DNA from: Sedimentisphaerales bacterium
GTDB taxonomy: Bacteria > Planctomycetota > Phycisphaerae > Sedimentisphaerales > Anaerobacaceae
Assembly: GCA_963708075.1 (NCBI GenBank)
Contig: OY970194.1
Span: 2,048,001 to 2,112,000, forward strand
DNA: 64,000 nt
Direction of reading: 5' to 3'
In this document: one piece after another, positions 11,201 to 21,300 of the stretch
How the letters are laid out: every line of letters starts with the position of its first letter
How positions within the stretch are numbered: position 1 is the stretch's first letter
The notes under the pieces: model-generated
What the model was told of the DNA's origin: nothing
The model's input: the letters and a program-made list of their open reading frames with translations, nothing else
Databases searched by the model: none
Translations under genes and position numbers: made by a program

Positions 11201-12535
11201 GCCTGGCAGGGTCCGGCTATCCCGACGCGGCAAGTGATCTCCGGGACGTTTTTGTCGGCCTGGACTGAGGACTCAGATGGCGTGTCAAGCGAGGTTGAGG
11301 ATGGCGCCCCCAATGGCGGAGATGGAAATGCCGATGGCGTGCCGGACAGCCAGCAAAACGACGTGGCGTCTCTGCCCAATGCCGTGGACGGGCAATACGT
11401 GACTCTCGTGTCGTCCGAGGGAACAGCAGTTCAAAACACCACTGCCGTTGGCAATCCGTCGCCGGCCGATGCCCCATCGGGCGTGGAGTTCCCTGTGGGG
11501 TTCTTTGACTTTACCCTGTCAGGCATGGGAGTGGGCGGCAGTGCGACAGTGACGATCATCCTGCCGGTGGGCCAGACGATAGGAACCTACTACAAGTATG
11601 GCCCGACCCCGGATAATCCGGACAACCACTGGTACGAGTTCCTTTATGACGGCACAACTGGGGCGGAAATCTCGTCGAACCAGGTCGTCCTGCATCTTGT
11701 GGATGGCCTGAGAGGCGACGATGATCTGACCGCCAATGGACTTATCACAGAACCCGGCGGCCCGAGCGTGCGACTGAACCATGCACCAGAAGCTACAATA
11801 ACCGGGCCGAGTTCAGGTCTTGTCGTGCCTGTTGGTACTACCGTAGCGCTCGCCGGCACGATTGTTGACCAGGAGGATCCTGGTGACAGCCACACAGCCA
11901 AGTGGACCATCATCGCTGAGCATTGGACCGGACCTCTGGCCATCGATGGCATCGTGGCTGAAGATCTGGTGACGGGGCAGGCCACATTTGCAGCGGCTGG
12001 CATCTACTCGATCTCGCTGACCGTGACGGATACCGCCGGGGCCAGCGGCATGACAGACACAGTCAACGATGACCTGCCTGCTTTCGTGGTCGTCTATGAT
12101 CCCGAAGGCGGCTGCGTCACCGGCGGCGGATGGATGTGGTCTCCCGTGGGTCCGCATCCATATATGGCAATCGAGGGCAAAGCCAGCTTTGGCTTTGTCT
12201 CTAAGTACCAGAACGGTGCGACTGTGCCGACCGGCAACACGGAGTTCCAGTTCAAGGCGGGCGATCTGAACTTCCACAGTACCAGCTACGAGTGGCTCGT
12301 AGTCACCGGATCGAGTTACGCAAAATTCAAAGGCACTGGCTCAATCAACGGGGCTGGAAACTACAAGTTCCAGATCTGGGCCGGCGACAGCAGTCCTGAC
12401 ACTCTGCGGATCAAGATCTGGACAGAGGATAATGTTGGTGTTGAGATCGTTGAGTACGACAACGGCTTCGCTGGTTCAGGATATGAGAATGGTCAGCCCA
12501 TTGGCGGCGGCTCCATCGTGATCCACACGGAGTAA
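8249..12535 (+). CDS. Secreted multidomain surface protein: LamG, about 20 internalin-type LRRs, PA14, choice-of-anchor-U-like domain, PKD/Ig domain
   Basis: Signal peptide MKKITGLMVAVLVVFASSVQG; LamG (LVASWHLDGNASD...FTGVIDEV); LxxLxLxxNQIxDIS repeats; PA14 (RVRGYLHPPQTGSYTFWIASDD); YYKYGPTPD...DGLRGDDDL; PKD-like GIYSISLTVTD. Confidence 0.88.
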   Translation: MKKITGLMVAVLVVFASSVQGELVASWHLDGNASDSSGRGNDGTVYGASYEAGYLGLALRFDGQDNYVDCGSDASLKPTDNITIGLWVKPGPTQNTYADILGGHQGDQGYVIQQDGSNTNRYYFAYNQNGTWQGWQGDNITTQLTAEEWQHFVVQKEGSTIRHFLNGPLSASGNVSGTIFYTLGQPFYLGIGYELGSGRYFTGVIDEVTIQGGGSYGPTPTPEGFGTAISPIDTTTGSTPMTLTFEQVTVSGGTTLTTFPSGPPAPAGYLLGNSPVFYDVTTTATYIGQVQVCISYNGIGFAGPPESFRLMRYENGEWAECTTTVNTGNQTVCGAISSLMPLAVMQAEEPVYFADANLKQAVKETLGLVSDPMPSDMLALYSLIAPSRGITDLTGLEYALNLYRLRLPSNQISDISALSGLTKLDDLRLNNNPINDISALSNMTYLRTLYLYNNQISDISPLSDSNDLVDLRLQANQINSIDALADMTNLRYLYLNDNQISDISVLSGMPYLTVLKLQYNQISDMSPVVSLTALTNLDLGVNPITTVPDLSGLRSLAALSLYSCQVNSLSDVSGLVSLEYLNLYNNQITDISAVSGLSRVKTLHLGWNQISDISPLAGLTSLELLDIRRNQFTSILPLAGLTNLRSLWLTEGQLTDISVVANFSLLNELRLESNQITDVSSLSGLTNLTSLLLTGNQITDASSLSELTNLTTLALGWNQITDFSWLSNLSGLTLLSVEGNLISDISFLQNLTALQGLWAGNDQVVDVTPLASLTQLRQLYLESAQISDISALTSLTHLSELRLSDNPLSAEAYNTDIPIIQANNPGLTLTVDPNPYNYPAEGHILFEYFWGTDSTVGSLLALPTFPDDPNQSDLRTSFEGPSDWRYTYGTRVRGYLHPPQTGSYTFWIASDDQSQLWLSADEDPANAAQIASVPGWTPARDFDNVGGGAGGPEQRSSPVYLEAGRRYYIEALCAQMWGGDNLAVAWQGPAIPTRQVISGTFLSAWTEDSDGVSSEVEDGAPNGGDGNADGVPDSQQNDVASLPNAVDGQYVTLVSSEGTAVQNTTAVGNPSPADAPSGVEFPVGFFDFTLSGMGVGGSATVTIILPVGQTIGTYYKYGPTPDNPDNHWYEFLYDGTTGAEISSNQVVLHLVDGLRGDDDLTANGLITEPGGPSVRLNHAPEATITGPSSGLVVPVGTTVALAGTIVDQEDPGDSHTAKWTIIAEHWTGPLAIDGIVAEDLVTGQATFAAAGIYSISLTVTDTAGASGMTDTVNDDLPAFVVVYDPEGGCVTGGGWMWSPVGPHPYMAIEGKASFGFVSKYQNGATVPTGNTEFQFKAGDLNFHSTSYEWLVVTGSSYAKFKGTGSINGAGNYKFQIWAGDSSPDTLRIKIWTEDNVGVEIVEYDNGFAGSGYENGQPIGGGSIVIHTE
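9385..10680 (+). repeat. About 20 tandem 22-aa (66-bp) leucine-rich repeats
   Basis: Counted in the translation from LYSLIAPSRGI to LSELRLSDNPL. Boundaries are approximate. Confidence 0.85.
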
Positions 12536-12565
12536 CCGCCGTAAGGGCTATGAGTGGTCTTTAAC

Positions 12566-12596
12566 CCGGGGCTGTGCGATCACCGTGCAGCCCCGG
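12566..12596 (+). terminator. Hairpin / probable terminator after the LRR surface protein gene
   Basis: ccggggctgtgcg-atcac-cgtgcagccccgg followed by tgcttt, 30 nt after the stop codon. Confidence 0.6.
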
Positions 12597-12724
12597 TGCT
12601 TTGGGCAGACCTTCGCACGCCTCACAGCTATGCAGGGACGTGGCGTGGGGCGAGCTGCGGCGGTTGGCGTTGTTCTGGCTGAAGGTGCAGTTGCGGAGGA
12701 CCGTGGGACACCCATCAGTTGCAT

Positions 12725-12895
12725 TCAGTAATCCACTCTCACCATGCGGTCTACGGTGGGGATGAGCAGGACGATCCCACGTCCCTTGGCCCGCAGCAGC
12801 TTGCCCAGCCGGAAAATCACGCCGCGCTCGTATTCTCGCAGGATGCGGACCGTCTGCGGCAATACACTGAGGGCCAGGATCGCAATGGGGACCAG
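12725..12895 (-). pseudogene. N-terminal fragment of a slipin/stomatin (SPFH, band-7) gene
   Basis: Manual translation LVPIAILALSVLPQTVRILREYERGVIFRLGKLLRAKGRGIVLLIPTVDRMVRVDY* matches the stomatin N-terminal consensus. It stops after ~55 aa and has no clear start. Confidence 0.75.
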
Positions 12896-12915
12896 CCCAC
12901 GCCAGCGACGATCCG

Positions 12916-13143
12916 CTAATACTTGCTTTTGGCTTTGTCGACGGCCTCTTGAGCGATAATCGTCGCTTTGTTCACAATCTTCCGGGCGGACTCCTTTGCC
13001 TGCCGGACGCGCTTTTCGGCGGCTAGCTTGACGTGACCTACGGCCTGATGCGCCCGGCCCTGGACACGCAGTTTGTTGTTGCCGGTCAGCACACCCGCCG
13101 CTTCCTGGATGCGACCCCTCACTACCTCTGTTGAGCCCTTCAT
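12916..13143 (-). CDS. csbD: CsbD-like general stress protein
   Basis: MKGSTEVVRGRIQEAAGVLTGNNKLRVQGRAHQAVGHVK... fits the CsbD pattern (G.IKE..G.LTG...L...G...Q..G). An AAGGAG RBS precedes it. Confidence 0.75.
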   Translation of the reverse strand: MKGSTEVVRGRIQEAAGVLTGNNKLRVQGRAHQAVGHVKLAAEKRVRQAKESARKIVNKATIIAQEAVDKAKSKY

Positions 13144-13186
13144 GATGCCAACTCCTTTTCCTGCAAAAGTTCTGTTACCTCTATCT

Positions 13187-13300
13187 CTAAAGCCGGTCCA
13201 TAAGGACCAGCACAAGCAGAATCAAGACAATGAGCCCAAGCCCGCCGCTTGGGTAGTACCCCCAGTTCCTGCTGTGGGGCCAAGTGGGTAATCCTACGAT
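13187..13300 (-). pseudogene. DUF3309-family small membrane protein, C-terminal part only
   Basis: LPTWPHSRNWGYYPSGGLGLIVLILLVLVLMDRL is the DUF3309 signature. The usual short hydrophobic N-terminus is replaced by unrelated sequence. Confidence 0.65.
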
Positions 13301-13425
13301 CATTAACTGCGCGCTTGTAGCCAATGACGCCGCCGCCGGCGCGAGCAAAGACAGCAGCAATCCGCTCATCAGCCACTGCATTCTGTGGAACAGCACCGCG
13401 TCACAGGGCGCGAGCGTATACATCG
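13287..13425 (+). pseudogene. Internal fragment of a parallel beta-helix repeat protein
   Basis: GNPTIINCALVANDA...SSNPLISHCILWNSTASQGASVY resembles the PTIxNC...CILWxNxAxxG repeats, similar to those in the C-terminal part of the 24.5-31 kb protein. Confidence 0.5.
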
Positions 13426-13824
13426 AGCGCTATCCGTGGAGCGGCCCGCAGCCAATGCGGAAGGCGGCACGGCTGGTGGACCCGGGAGCAGAGGCACACC
13501 GAAGTCACTGGAACCTCGCCGTATCGAGCAACTCAGGCAACATTCAAGACCCTGTGATAGATGTCATTGACGCTCGCTGCCGAGTCCTCCCATGCGTTCT
13601 CTCTGCCTGCGGCATCGATGGTGACTTTCCAATATCCAGCCGCCGACGTGCTTCGTTCCTTGCGGCACGGTGGTGCCGTCGAAGCCAAATAATCCCATGA
13701 AAGGCTGCCCCCTCGCAGAGGTACGATCTCGGCGTCAACACCTTGGAGGCGCTCGGTTTAGGTTGCGATCAGTTTTTGCACTCTATGCCCTTTTTTCATC
13801 TCCCCGGTCCGCCCCCGGAGCCCC

Positions 13825-14046
13825 TTAGGGCTTGTCGGGAGGGGTGGTCTTCTTGGACTCTTCTGTCTTGGTGACGGTGCCGTCCGGCGCCTGGGTAACG
13901 GTCTCCTCTTTCGACCTAACAGTGCCATCCCTGCTGACGCTGGTGCTCTTGGGTTCGGAAATCTTTCGGTCGCGACACCCAGCCGGCATGAATGTCAACG
14001 CCAAGGCGAACGCGACCACGCAAATCACCAACATATGCTTCTTCAT
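13825..14046 (-). CDS. Small secreted protein / lipoprotein (73 aa)
   Basis: Signal peptide with a lipobox-like AGC, then a low-complexity beta-rich tail with two DGTV motifs. Confidence 0.65.
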   Translation of the reverse strand: MKKHMLVICVVAFALALTFMPAGCRDRKISEPKSTSVSRDGTVRSKEETVTQAPDGTVTKTEESKKTTPPDKP

Positions 14047-14050
14047 CTGG

Positions 14051-14095
14051 TTGCTCCATTCTTTGTTGCTACATTCTTTGTTGTTCCATTCTCCA
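14051..14095. repeat. Three imperfect 15-bp tandem repeats just upstream of the 73-aa gene
   Basis: ttgctccattctttg / ttgctacattctttg / ttgttccattctcca. Confidence 0.7.
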
Positions 14096-14172
14096 TATTA
14101 CTTCCTTCCCATTTCCCCCAGTTGTTACACCTCCCTTTCTGAGTGTGGGCTTCTGTTGCCCATAACGGCTTC

Positions 14173-14322
14173 TTACACAAGTCGTCGTCCCTGGATGATC
14201 CCCACGAGCACCACGACAACGGCCAGCACCAGCAGGAGGTGAATGAACCCGCCCATCGTATAACTGCTCACCAGCCCCAGCAGCCACAGAATCGTCAGTA
14301 TTACAGCAATCGTCCACAGCAT
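14173..14322 (-). CDS. lmo0937-family (DUF5670) small membrane protein, 49 aa
   Basis: Manual translation MLWTIAVILTILWLLGLVSSYTMGGFIHLLLVLAVVVVLVGIIQGRRLV* with an AAGGAG RBS. It is below the ORF-track length cutoff. Confidence 0.85.
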   Translation of the reverse strand: MLWTIAVILTILWLLGLVSSYTMGGFIHLLLVLAVVVVLVGIIQGRRLV

Positions 14323-14484
14323 AAGATTCTCCTTTCAATTGGCCACGCGTCCACTGCCACCTGATGCGCCCCGCACCAGCCGGCAGCGATCAGCGAGCCT
14401 CCTTGCTCCTGCCCCCTCCATTGTCATCTGGTTCTCCAGCCTTCCATGTTTTCCCTACGATGTTCTGGGGTCTACGATAGAATC

Positions 14485-14529
14485 ATAATACGCCATGCGG
14501 CGGCCCTGTCCTATGGGGTACAACCCTAC
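14485..14529 (-). promoter_or_regulatory. Shared promoter motif, copy 1 (upstream of the lmo0937-like gene)
   Basis: gtagggttgtaccccat, then 22 nt ending GCG, then TATTAT. Confidence 0.65.
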
Positions 14530-14617
14530 AGTCAATGCTGGGAGGTGCTGCCCGAAGGCTCATCTATCCGACGAAACCGCGCCGCGATGCGTCTCAGAAT
14601 GCCATAAGCTACTTCAG

Positions 14618-14725
14618 CTAGCGGCGAAGCAACAGCACCACAACAATGATGACGAGAATAAGGCCGACTGCGCCGCCGCCAATGTAGATACCACTGGCAA
14701 GAACCGGTGGGAATAAGAGATGCAT
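14618..14725 (-). CDS. 35-aa single-TM membrane peptide
   Basis: Manual translation MHLLFPPVLASGIYIGGGAVGLILVIIVVVLLLRR*, with a GAAAGGA RBS and its own copy of the shared promoter motif upstream. Confidence 0.6.
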   Translation of the reverse strand: MHLLFPPVLASGIYIGGGAVGLILVIIVVVLLLRR

Positions 14726-14774
14726 GGCATGTCCTTTCGTTTTGGATGGCAATATGTTCACCATCTCCTTTCAT

Positions 14775-14819
14775 ACACTACGCGATGGGCTGGCCTTCAG
14801 CGATGGGGTGTAACCCTAC
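14775..14819 (-). promoter_or_regulatory. Shared promoter motif, copy 2 (upstream of the 35-aa peptide)
   Basis: gtagggttacaccccat, then 22 nt ending GCG, then TAGTGT. Confidence 0.65.
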
Positions 14820-15163
14820 CATGGATTAGGGGAAGCGCTCTCCGACAGTTCAAGCTCGCGGCATACCCTGATCAGGCGGACCAAATTCAACCAAGCTGGC
14901 ACGCCTCAATCTGCGAAAGCCACTGGCGCGTGCGAGCCTCGCCACATTCTCCTGACTCATCCCCCTGGCGATTCGCCATTCCCCTAGTCGCCCGATCATG
15001 TTCCGATATCGAGGCGCACACATCCGGCGCGAATGCTGGAATTGGTCCTTGGTGAATGCAGTCCCCGCCCCACGATGCGAATTGTCAGCACCGGCAAATC
15101 GGCCTGCGCTGCCGGACAAGGTCTCATGCAGGAACCTTCGAACACCCACGCAGCAATCGCCGG

Positions 15164-15208
15164 TGGGGGTAACACCCCATATCATCTGCCGGCTCTCCAG
15201 CGCATCAT
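15164..15208 (+). promoter_or_regulatory. Shared promoter motif, copy 3 (upstream of the cyclic glucan synthase)
   Basis: tgggggtaacaccccat, then 22 nt ending GCG, then CATCAT. Confidence 0.6.
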
Positions 15209-15388
15209 GCTGGGAGAAATCATCGCCAAAGCGGCAACGTTATTTCGGTGGGCGTGACCATTGCCCGGGCTGGAACTGAACATTGCCCAGCCTGCCCCGA
15301 TGGCGACGGGCGAGCCGACAGGTGTCCAACAGCATGAATTCCTGCGGGCAGGTTAATTGCAGGAATCGTGACAGGAAGTAAGAACAAC

Positions 15389-18300
15389 ATGCAGACTCTG
15401 CCATTGCGTTTTCAAAACTGGATGGCCGGCCATACGCGTTCGCGCCCAGGCGCGAGCGAGCTGCCATTGCGGGCCGAGTTGTTCAGTGTCGAACAATTGG
15501 CCCGCCATGCCAAAGCTCTCGCGGCCAATCACCAGGTAGTCACTCGGCAGGGTTCCAACCGTCTGCTGGCCCGGTTGGGCCAAAACGAGGACGTACTAAG
15601 AGCCTTCAATCGCGCGACCCTCGCCGTGGGCCAGAGCCGCGTGTCACTCCCGCCGCCGAATGGCTGCTCGACAACTTCTACCTGATCGAAGAGCAGATCC
15701 AAATGGCCAGGCGGCATCTGCCCCGTGGCTACAGCCGGGAGTTGCCTCGCCTCTTGAACGGCCCTTCCGCCGGACTTCCGCGCGTTTACGACATCGTGCT
15801 CGAATTGATCTCGCACGTGGATGCACAGATTGATGCGGGATCGCTCAGCGCCTTCATCGCCGCTTACCAAACGGTGGGTTCCTTGAAACTGGGCGAGTTG
15901 TGGGCCATTCCAATCATGTTGCGCCTGGGGTTGATTGAAAATCTCCAGCGCGTCACCACCCGGCTGACCATCGCCCGGGAGGATCGCGATCTTGCGGACT
16001 TGTGGGTGGATCGTTTGCAGGATATGGCGGAAAAGAATCCGTCCCACCTCGTTGTGGTGGTGGCGGACATGGCGAAATCCGATCTTCCCATCTCCAGTTC
16101 GTTCGTGGCGGAATTTTGTCAGCGTTTGTCGCGACAAAGTCCGGTGTTGCATCTCGCACGCAGCTGGCTCGAACAGCGGCTCGTGGAACAAGGGTTGTCC
16201 ATCGAACAGCTTGTCCATCTGGAGAGTCAAAATCAGGCGGCCGACCAGGTTTCCGTCAGCCACAGTATTGCCAGTCTTCGTTTTTTGAGCGCCATGGACT
16301 GGAAGGAGTTCGTGGAGACCCTGAGTCTGGTCGAGGAGACTTTGCGTTCCGACCCTGCCGACGTTTACAGCGAGATGGATTTTCCGACCCGTGATCGTTA
16401 TCGCCATTCGGTCGAAGCCATCTGCCCGGCACAGCCAACTTTCGGAAGTGGAAGTCGCGCAAAAGGCCGTCCAACTGGCCGCAGACGGCGCCCGGCAAAA
16501 AGGGCACGACGACCGGACCGCCCACGTGGGCTTCTATCTGATCGACAAAGGCCAGTCCATGCTGGAGCGCATGGCGGATGTGCGGTGGCCCTGGCGGACG
16601 ATCATCGAGCGAAGCATCCACCGTTTTCCGCTGACGTTTTATGCGGGCGGTATTGGCGTGCTCACCTTACTCGCCACGTTCGGGTTTGTGCAGCAGGCCC
16701 GGACGCTCGAAGTGCAGGGATGGAAACTCATTGGTCTTCACCCTGGTGTTCCTCCTTTGTGCCAGCCAACTGGCCGTGGCGTTGATGAACTGGCTGTCCA
16801 CGCTGCTGGTGAAACCCCGCCTGCTCCCGCGCCTGGATTATTCCTCCGGCATCGCTTCCGATTGCCGCACGATGGTGGTCGTTCCCACGATGCTCACGAG
16901 CTTGGAAGGCGTTGATCGCCTCATCGAGACATTGGAGATTCATCATCTCGCGAATCGGGATCAGCACCTTCACTTCGCCTTGCTGACGGATTTCCGCGAC
17001 GCACCGGAGGAGGTTCTGCCTGGAGATCGAGTGTTGCTTCAGCGGGCGCGGGCCGGAGTCGAGATGCTAAACCGCAAATATTTGTCCGACCGACAAGATC
17101 TCTTCTTCTTGTTTCACCGCCCGCGCCGCTGGAACGCCGGAGAAGGCTTGTGGATGGGTTACGAACGCAAGCGTGGAAAGCTCACGGAGTTCAACGCCCT
17201 CCTCCGCGGCGGTTCTCGCGAGTGCTTTTCCGAGATCGTGGGGGAGACGGCCATCCTGCCGGCCATCAAGTATGTCATCACGCTCGACACCGACACCCAA
17301 CTTCCGCGCGAGGCCGCCCGTCAGCTCGTCGGCACGATGGCCCATCCGTTGAACCGTCCGGAGTTCGATGCCGTGCGCGGGATTGTCGCCGAAGGCTACA
17401 GCATTCTGCAACCGCGCGTCGGCGTGAGTCTGCCGAGCGCCCGGCGATCCTGGTTCGTCCGGCTTTTTGCCGGCGACGCGGGCATCGATCCTTACACGCG
17501 GGAAGTGTCCGACGTGTATCAGGATGTTTTCCAGGAAGGCTCGTTCATCGGAAAAGGAATTTACGATGTGGATGCCTTCCAGCGAGCCATGAACGGACGC
17601 TTCCCGGAGAATACCGTTCTCAGCCACGATTTGTTGGAAGCGTGTCATGCCCGCTCCGCCCTCGTGAGCGACGTGGAATTCTACGAAGAGTATCCTTCCC
17701 GCTACAACGTGGACATTGACCGGCGTCACCGTTGGATTCGCGGCGATTGGCAGATCACGCAATGGCTCCTGCCGCGGGTTCCCGGTTCTGACGCCCGTCG
17801 CATTGCCAATCCGCTTTCCGTGCTGTCCCAGTGGAAGATTTTCGACAACCTGAGACGCAGTCTCGTCCCCGTTGCCCTGATGCTCCTCATGCTGGGTGCT
17901 TGGCTGCTCTCTCCTGAACTCGGCGGCCTTGGATCGCTGCTGGTCCTTTCGATCATCACGCTCCCCGGATTGTTGGCGGCGCTGGTCAATGTGTTTCGCA
18001 AGCCGGCCGATTTGCCGTGGGCGATGCATCTGCGGGGAGTGGCCGGGTCGTGCGGCCGGCAGCTCGGCCAGATCTTTCTCACCCTGGCATTTCTACCCTA
18101 CGACGCCTTCATCAGCCTGGACGCAATCGGAAGGACGCTGCTGCGGCTGCTGGTGACGCACAAACGACTCCTCGAATGGCAAACGTCGAGTGATTCCGAA
18201 CGGACAACGCGCGCAGACCTCGCCGGCTTTTATGCCACGATGTGGATCGCGCCGGTTGTCGCGCTGGCGACCGGACTTTTCCTGGCCACCATGCAGCCGG

Positions 18301-21300
18301 CCCAACTGTCTTTGGCCCTGCCGATCCTTGGCCTCTGGCTCGCCGCTCCGTGGATCGCCTGGTGGATCAGCCAGCCCATTGAATCGCCGGCGCCGGATTT
18401 GACGGCAGAGCAATTGACGTTTCTGAGACACACCGCCCGCAAGACCTGGCATTTCTTCGAGACCTTTGTCACCGCGCAGGAGAACTGGCTGCCGCCGGAC
18501 AATTTTCAGGAAGTTCCCGCCCCGACGATTGCGTCGCGCACCTCGCCCACGAACATGGGCCTGGCGCTGCTCGCCAATCTGGCCGCCCGGGATTTCGGGT
18601 ATCTTTCGGTGGGCGGCTTGATTCGACGCACGCAAGACACCCTCGCCACCATGCAACGACTCGAACGGCATCGCGGGCATTTCTACAACTGGTATGACAC
18701 GCGAACGCTGCAGCCACTCCTTCCGCTCTATGTTTCGAGTGTGGACAGCGGCAACCTTGCGGGACATTTGCTGACGCTCGGCTCCGGACTGAGGGAACAG
18801 GCCGATGAAAGAATCTTCACGCCACAGATTTTTGCCGGTCTGCGCGACACGGTGAGGATTCTCAGAGAGTTGGCCCGCGAAAATGCTGCGCTGGCAAAGC
18901 TCGACGCAGAATTGGCGCAAGCACCTTCCAGTCTGCGCGCGGCGTTTGCCTTGTTGGAAAGGGCGACGGGCCAGGCGACCAGGATCGCCGCTTCGCTGGC
19001 GAACGAAGAGGAAGAACTCAAAGGGTGGGCCCAGACGCTGAAGCGGAATTGCGAGGAGCACTTGGAGGACATGCTTTTCCTCGCGTCATGGCTGGCTTTG
19101 CCAACCCCAAGTCGTAGCAGCCAGCGTGAGGAGGTTCCAACGCCTCCCTCCCTTGCTGCGAAAGAAGATAAGAGCCTCTTCACATCGGCGGCCGCAAGGC
19201 TTGAGGAGAAGCTCGCCCAACTCGACCAAGCGCCAACCTTGCGAGAGGTCTCGAAGTTCGACCAATCGCTCTGTCCGTTGATCGAAGCGGCATTGCAGGA
19301 CCTCCCAACGGAACCTTCCCAATCCCGGCAGGAAGAACAAACATATCTCACTGAACTCTCACGCTGCCTGCGTGAAGCCAGCGACCATGCCCGTCAGCGC
19401 CTGCTCGCATTGGAAACCTTGGCCAGGCAAAGCGACGAACTGGCCGCGATGGATTTTACCTTTCTGTTCGACCCGGCGAGGGATCTGTTTTCCACCGGGT
19501 TCAACGTCACCGAACGCCGGTGTGACACCAGCTTCTATGATCTGCTGGCCTCGGAGGCGCGCTTGTGCAGCTACGTCGCCATCGCTCTGGGGCAAGTTCC
19601 GCAGGACCACTGGTTCTCGCTGGGCCGTCTGCTCGTCGCTTCGCGGGGCGAGCCGATCCTGGTTTCGTGGAGCGGCTCGATGTTCGAATATCTGATGCCG
19701 CTGCTGGTCATGCCCAACTATGAGAACACTCTGCTCGATCACACCTGCAAAGCGGCGGTGCAGCAACAAATCGAGTATGGGAAATTGCGCGGCGTGCCGT
19801 GGGGCATTTCCGAATCAGGCTACAACCGGACCGACGTTCACCTGAACTACCAATACCGCGCCTTCGGCGTGCCGGGCCTGGGTTTGAAACGAGGATTGGC
19901 CGAGGACCTGGTGATCGCTCCTTACGCCACCGCGCATGGCGCTGATGGTCGCGCCGGTCGGAAGCGTGTGAGAACCTGCAACGGCTGGCGGTCGAGGGAC
20001 GCTTGGGCACCTACGGTTTCTACGAAGCGGTGGATTACACGCCGACGCGTCTGCCGCCGGACGAAACGAGCGCCACGATCCGATCCTTCATGGCGCATCA
20101 TCAAGGGATGAGTTTGCTGGCTCTGGTCAATCTATTGCGGGACTACCCCATGCAACGGCGCTTCATGGCCTGTCCGTTGCTCAAGGCCGCGGACTTGCTG
20201 TTGCAGGAGCGTGTGCCTAAGACCGCCGCGAGCGTGTTCGCCGAAGATTCGACACCGGAGACATCGCGGACGCTTTCTGGCGAAAGCGTGATGCGTGTTT
20301 TCACGAATCCCACACCACCGGCACCGGAGGTTCATCTTCTGTCCAACGGTCGCTATCATGTCGTCATCAGCAGCGCCGGCGGCGGCTACAGCCGCTGGCG
20401 CGATCTGGCGGTCACCCGCTGGCGCGAAGATGCCACGCGCGATTGCTGGGGAACGTTTGTCTATCTGCGCGATCTGGCGACGGGAGAGTTTTGGTCCACC
20501 GCGTATCAACCCACCTTGCGTGCGACGAAAGGCTACGAGGCCATCTTCACGCAGGCGCGCGCGGAGTTTCGGCAACGTCATGTCGGCCTCGACATCCACA
20601 CCGAGATCAGCGTGTCGCCGGAAGACGACGTGGAGTTGCGGCGCATCACGATCACCAATCGTACACCCGTGGCACGCGTCATTGAATTGACCAGTTACGC
20701 GGAAGTGGTGCTCGCGATTCCGGCTGCGGACGCGGCGCATCCCGCTTTCAGCAATCTCTTCGTGCAAACGGAATTCGCACGAACATCCTCCGCCATTCTC
20801 TGCACCCGCCGGGCCCGTTCCCAGGAAGAAAGGCCGCCGTGGCTGCTGCATCTGATGGTGGGTCAAGGTGGTGAACAGGGAGAAATCTCCTGCGAAACCG
20901 ATCGTTCCAGATTTGTCGGACGCGGCGGAACCCTGGCCAACCCTGCCGCCATGCAAAGCATGTCGCCCTTGTCCAACACCGTCGGTTCCGTGCTCGATCC
21001 CATCATTTCGCTGCGGCGCACCGTCTCTTTGCCACCCCATGGAACAGCCATCATTGACCTGGTTTTGGGCGTGACCGAAAGCCGGGAAGCCGCGCTGGCG
21101 CATGTGGAAAAATATCAAAGCTCCCGCATGGCTGACCGCGCCTTCGATCTGGCGTGGACCCACAGCCAGGTGACGTTGCACCAGCTCAACGCCACGGAGG
21201 CGGAAGCTCAGCTCTATGGTCGGCTGGCCAGCGCGTTGATCTATGCCGACCCCGCTCGTCGGGCCAACCCCAGCGTGCTGCGCAACAACCGGCGCGGCCA

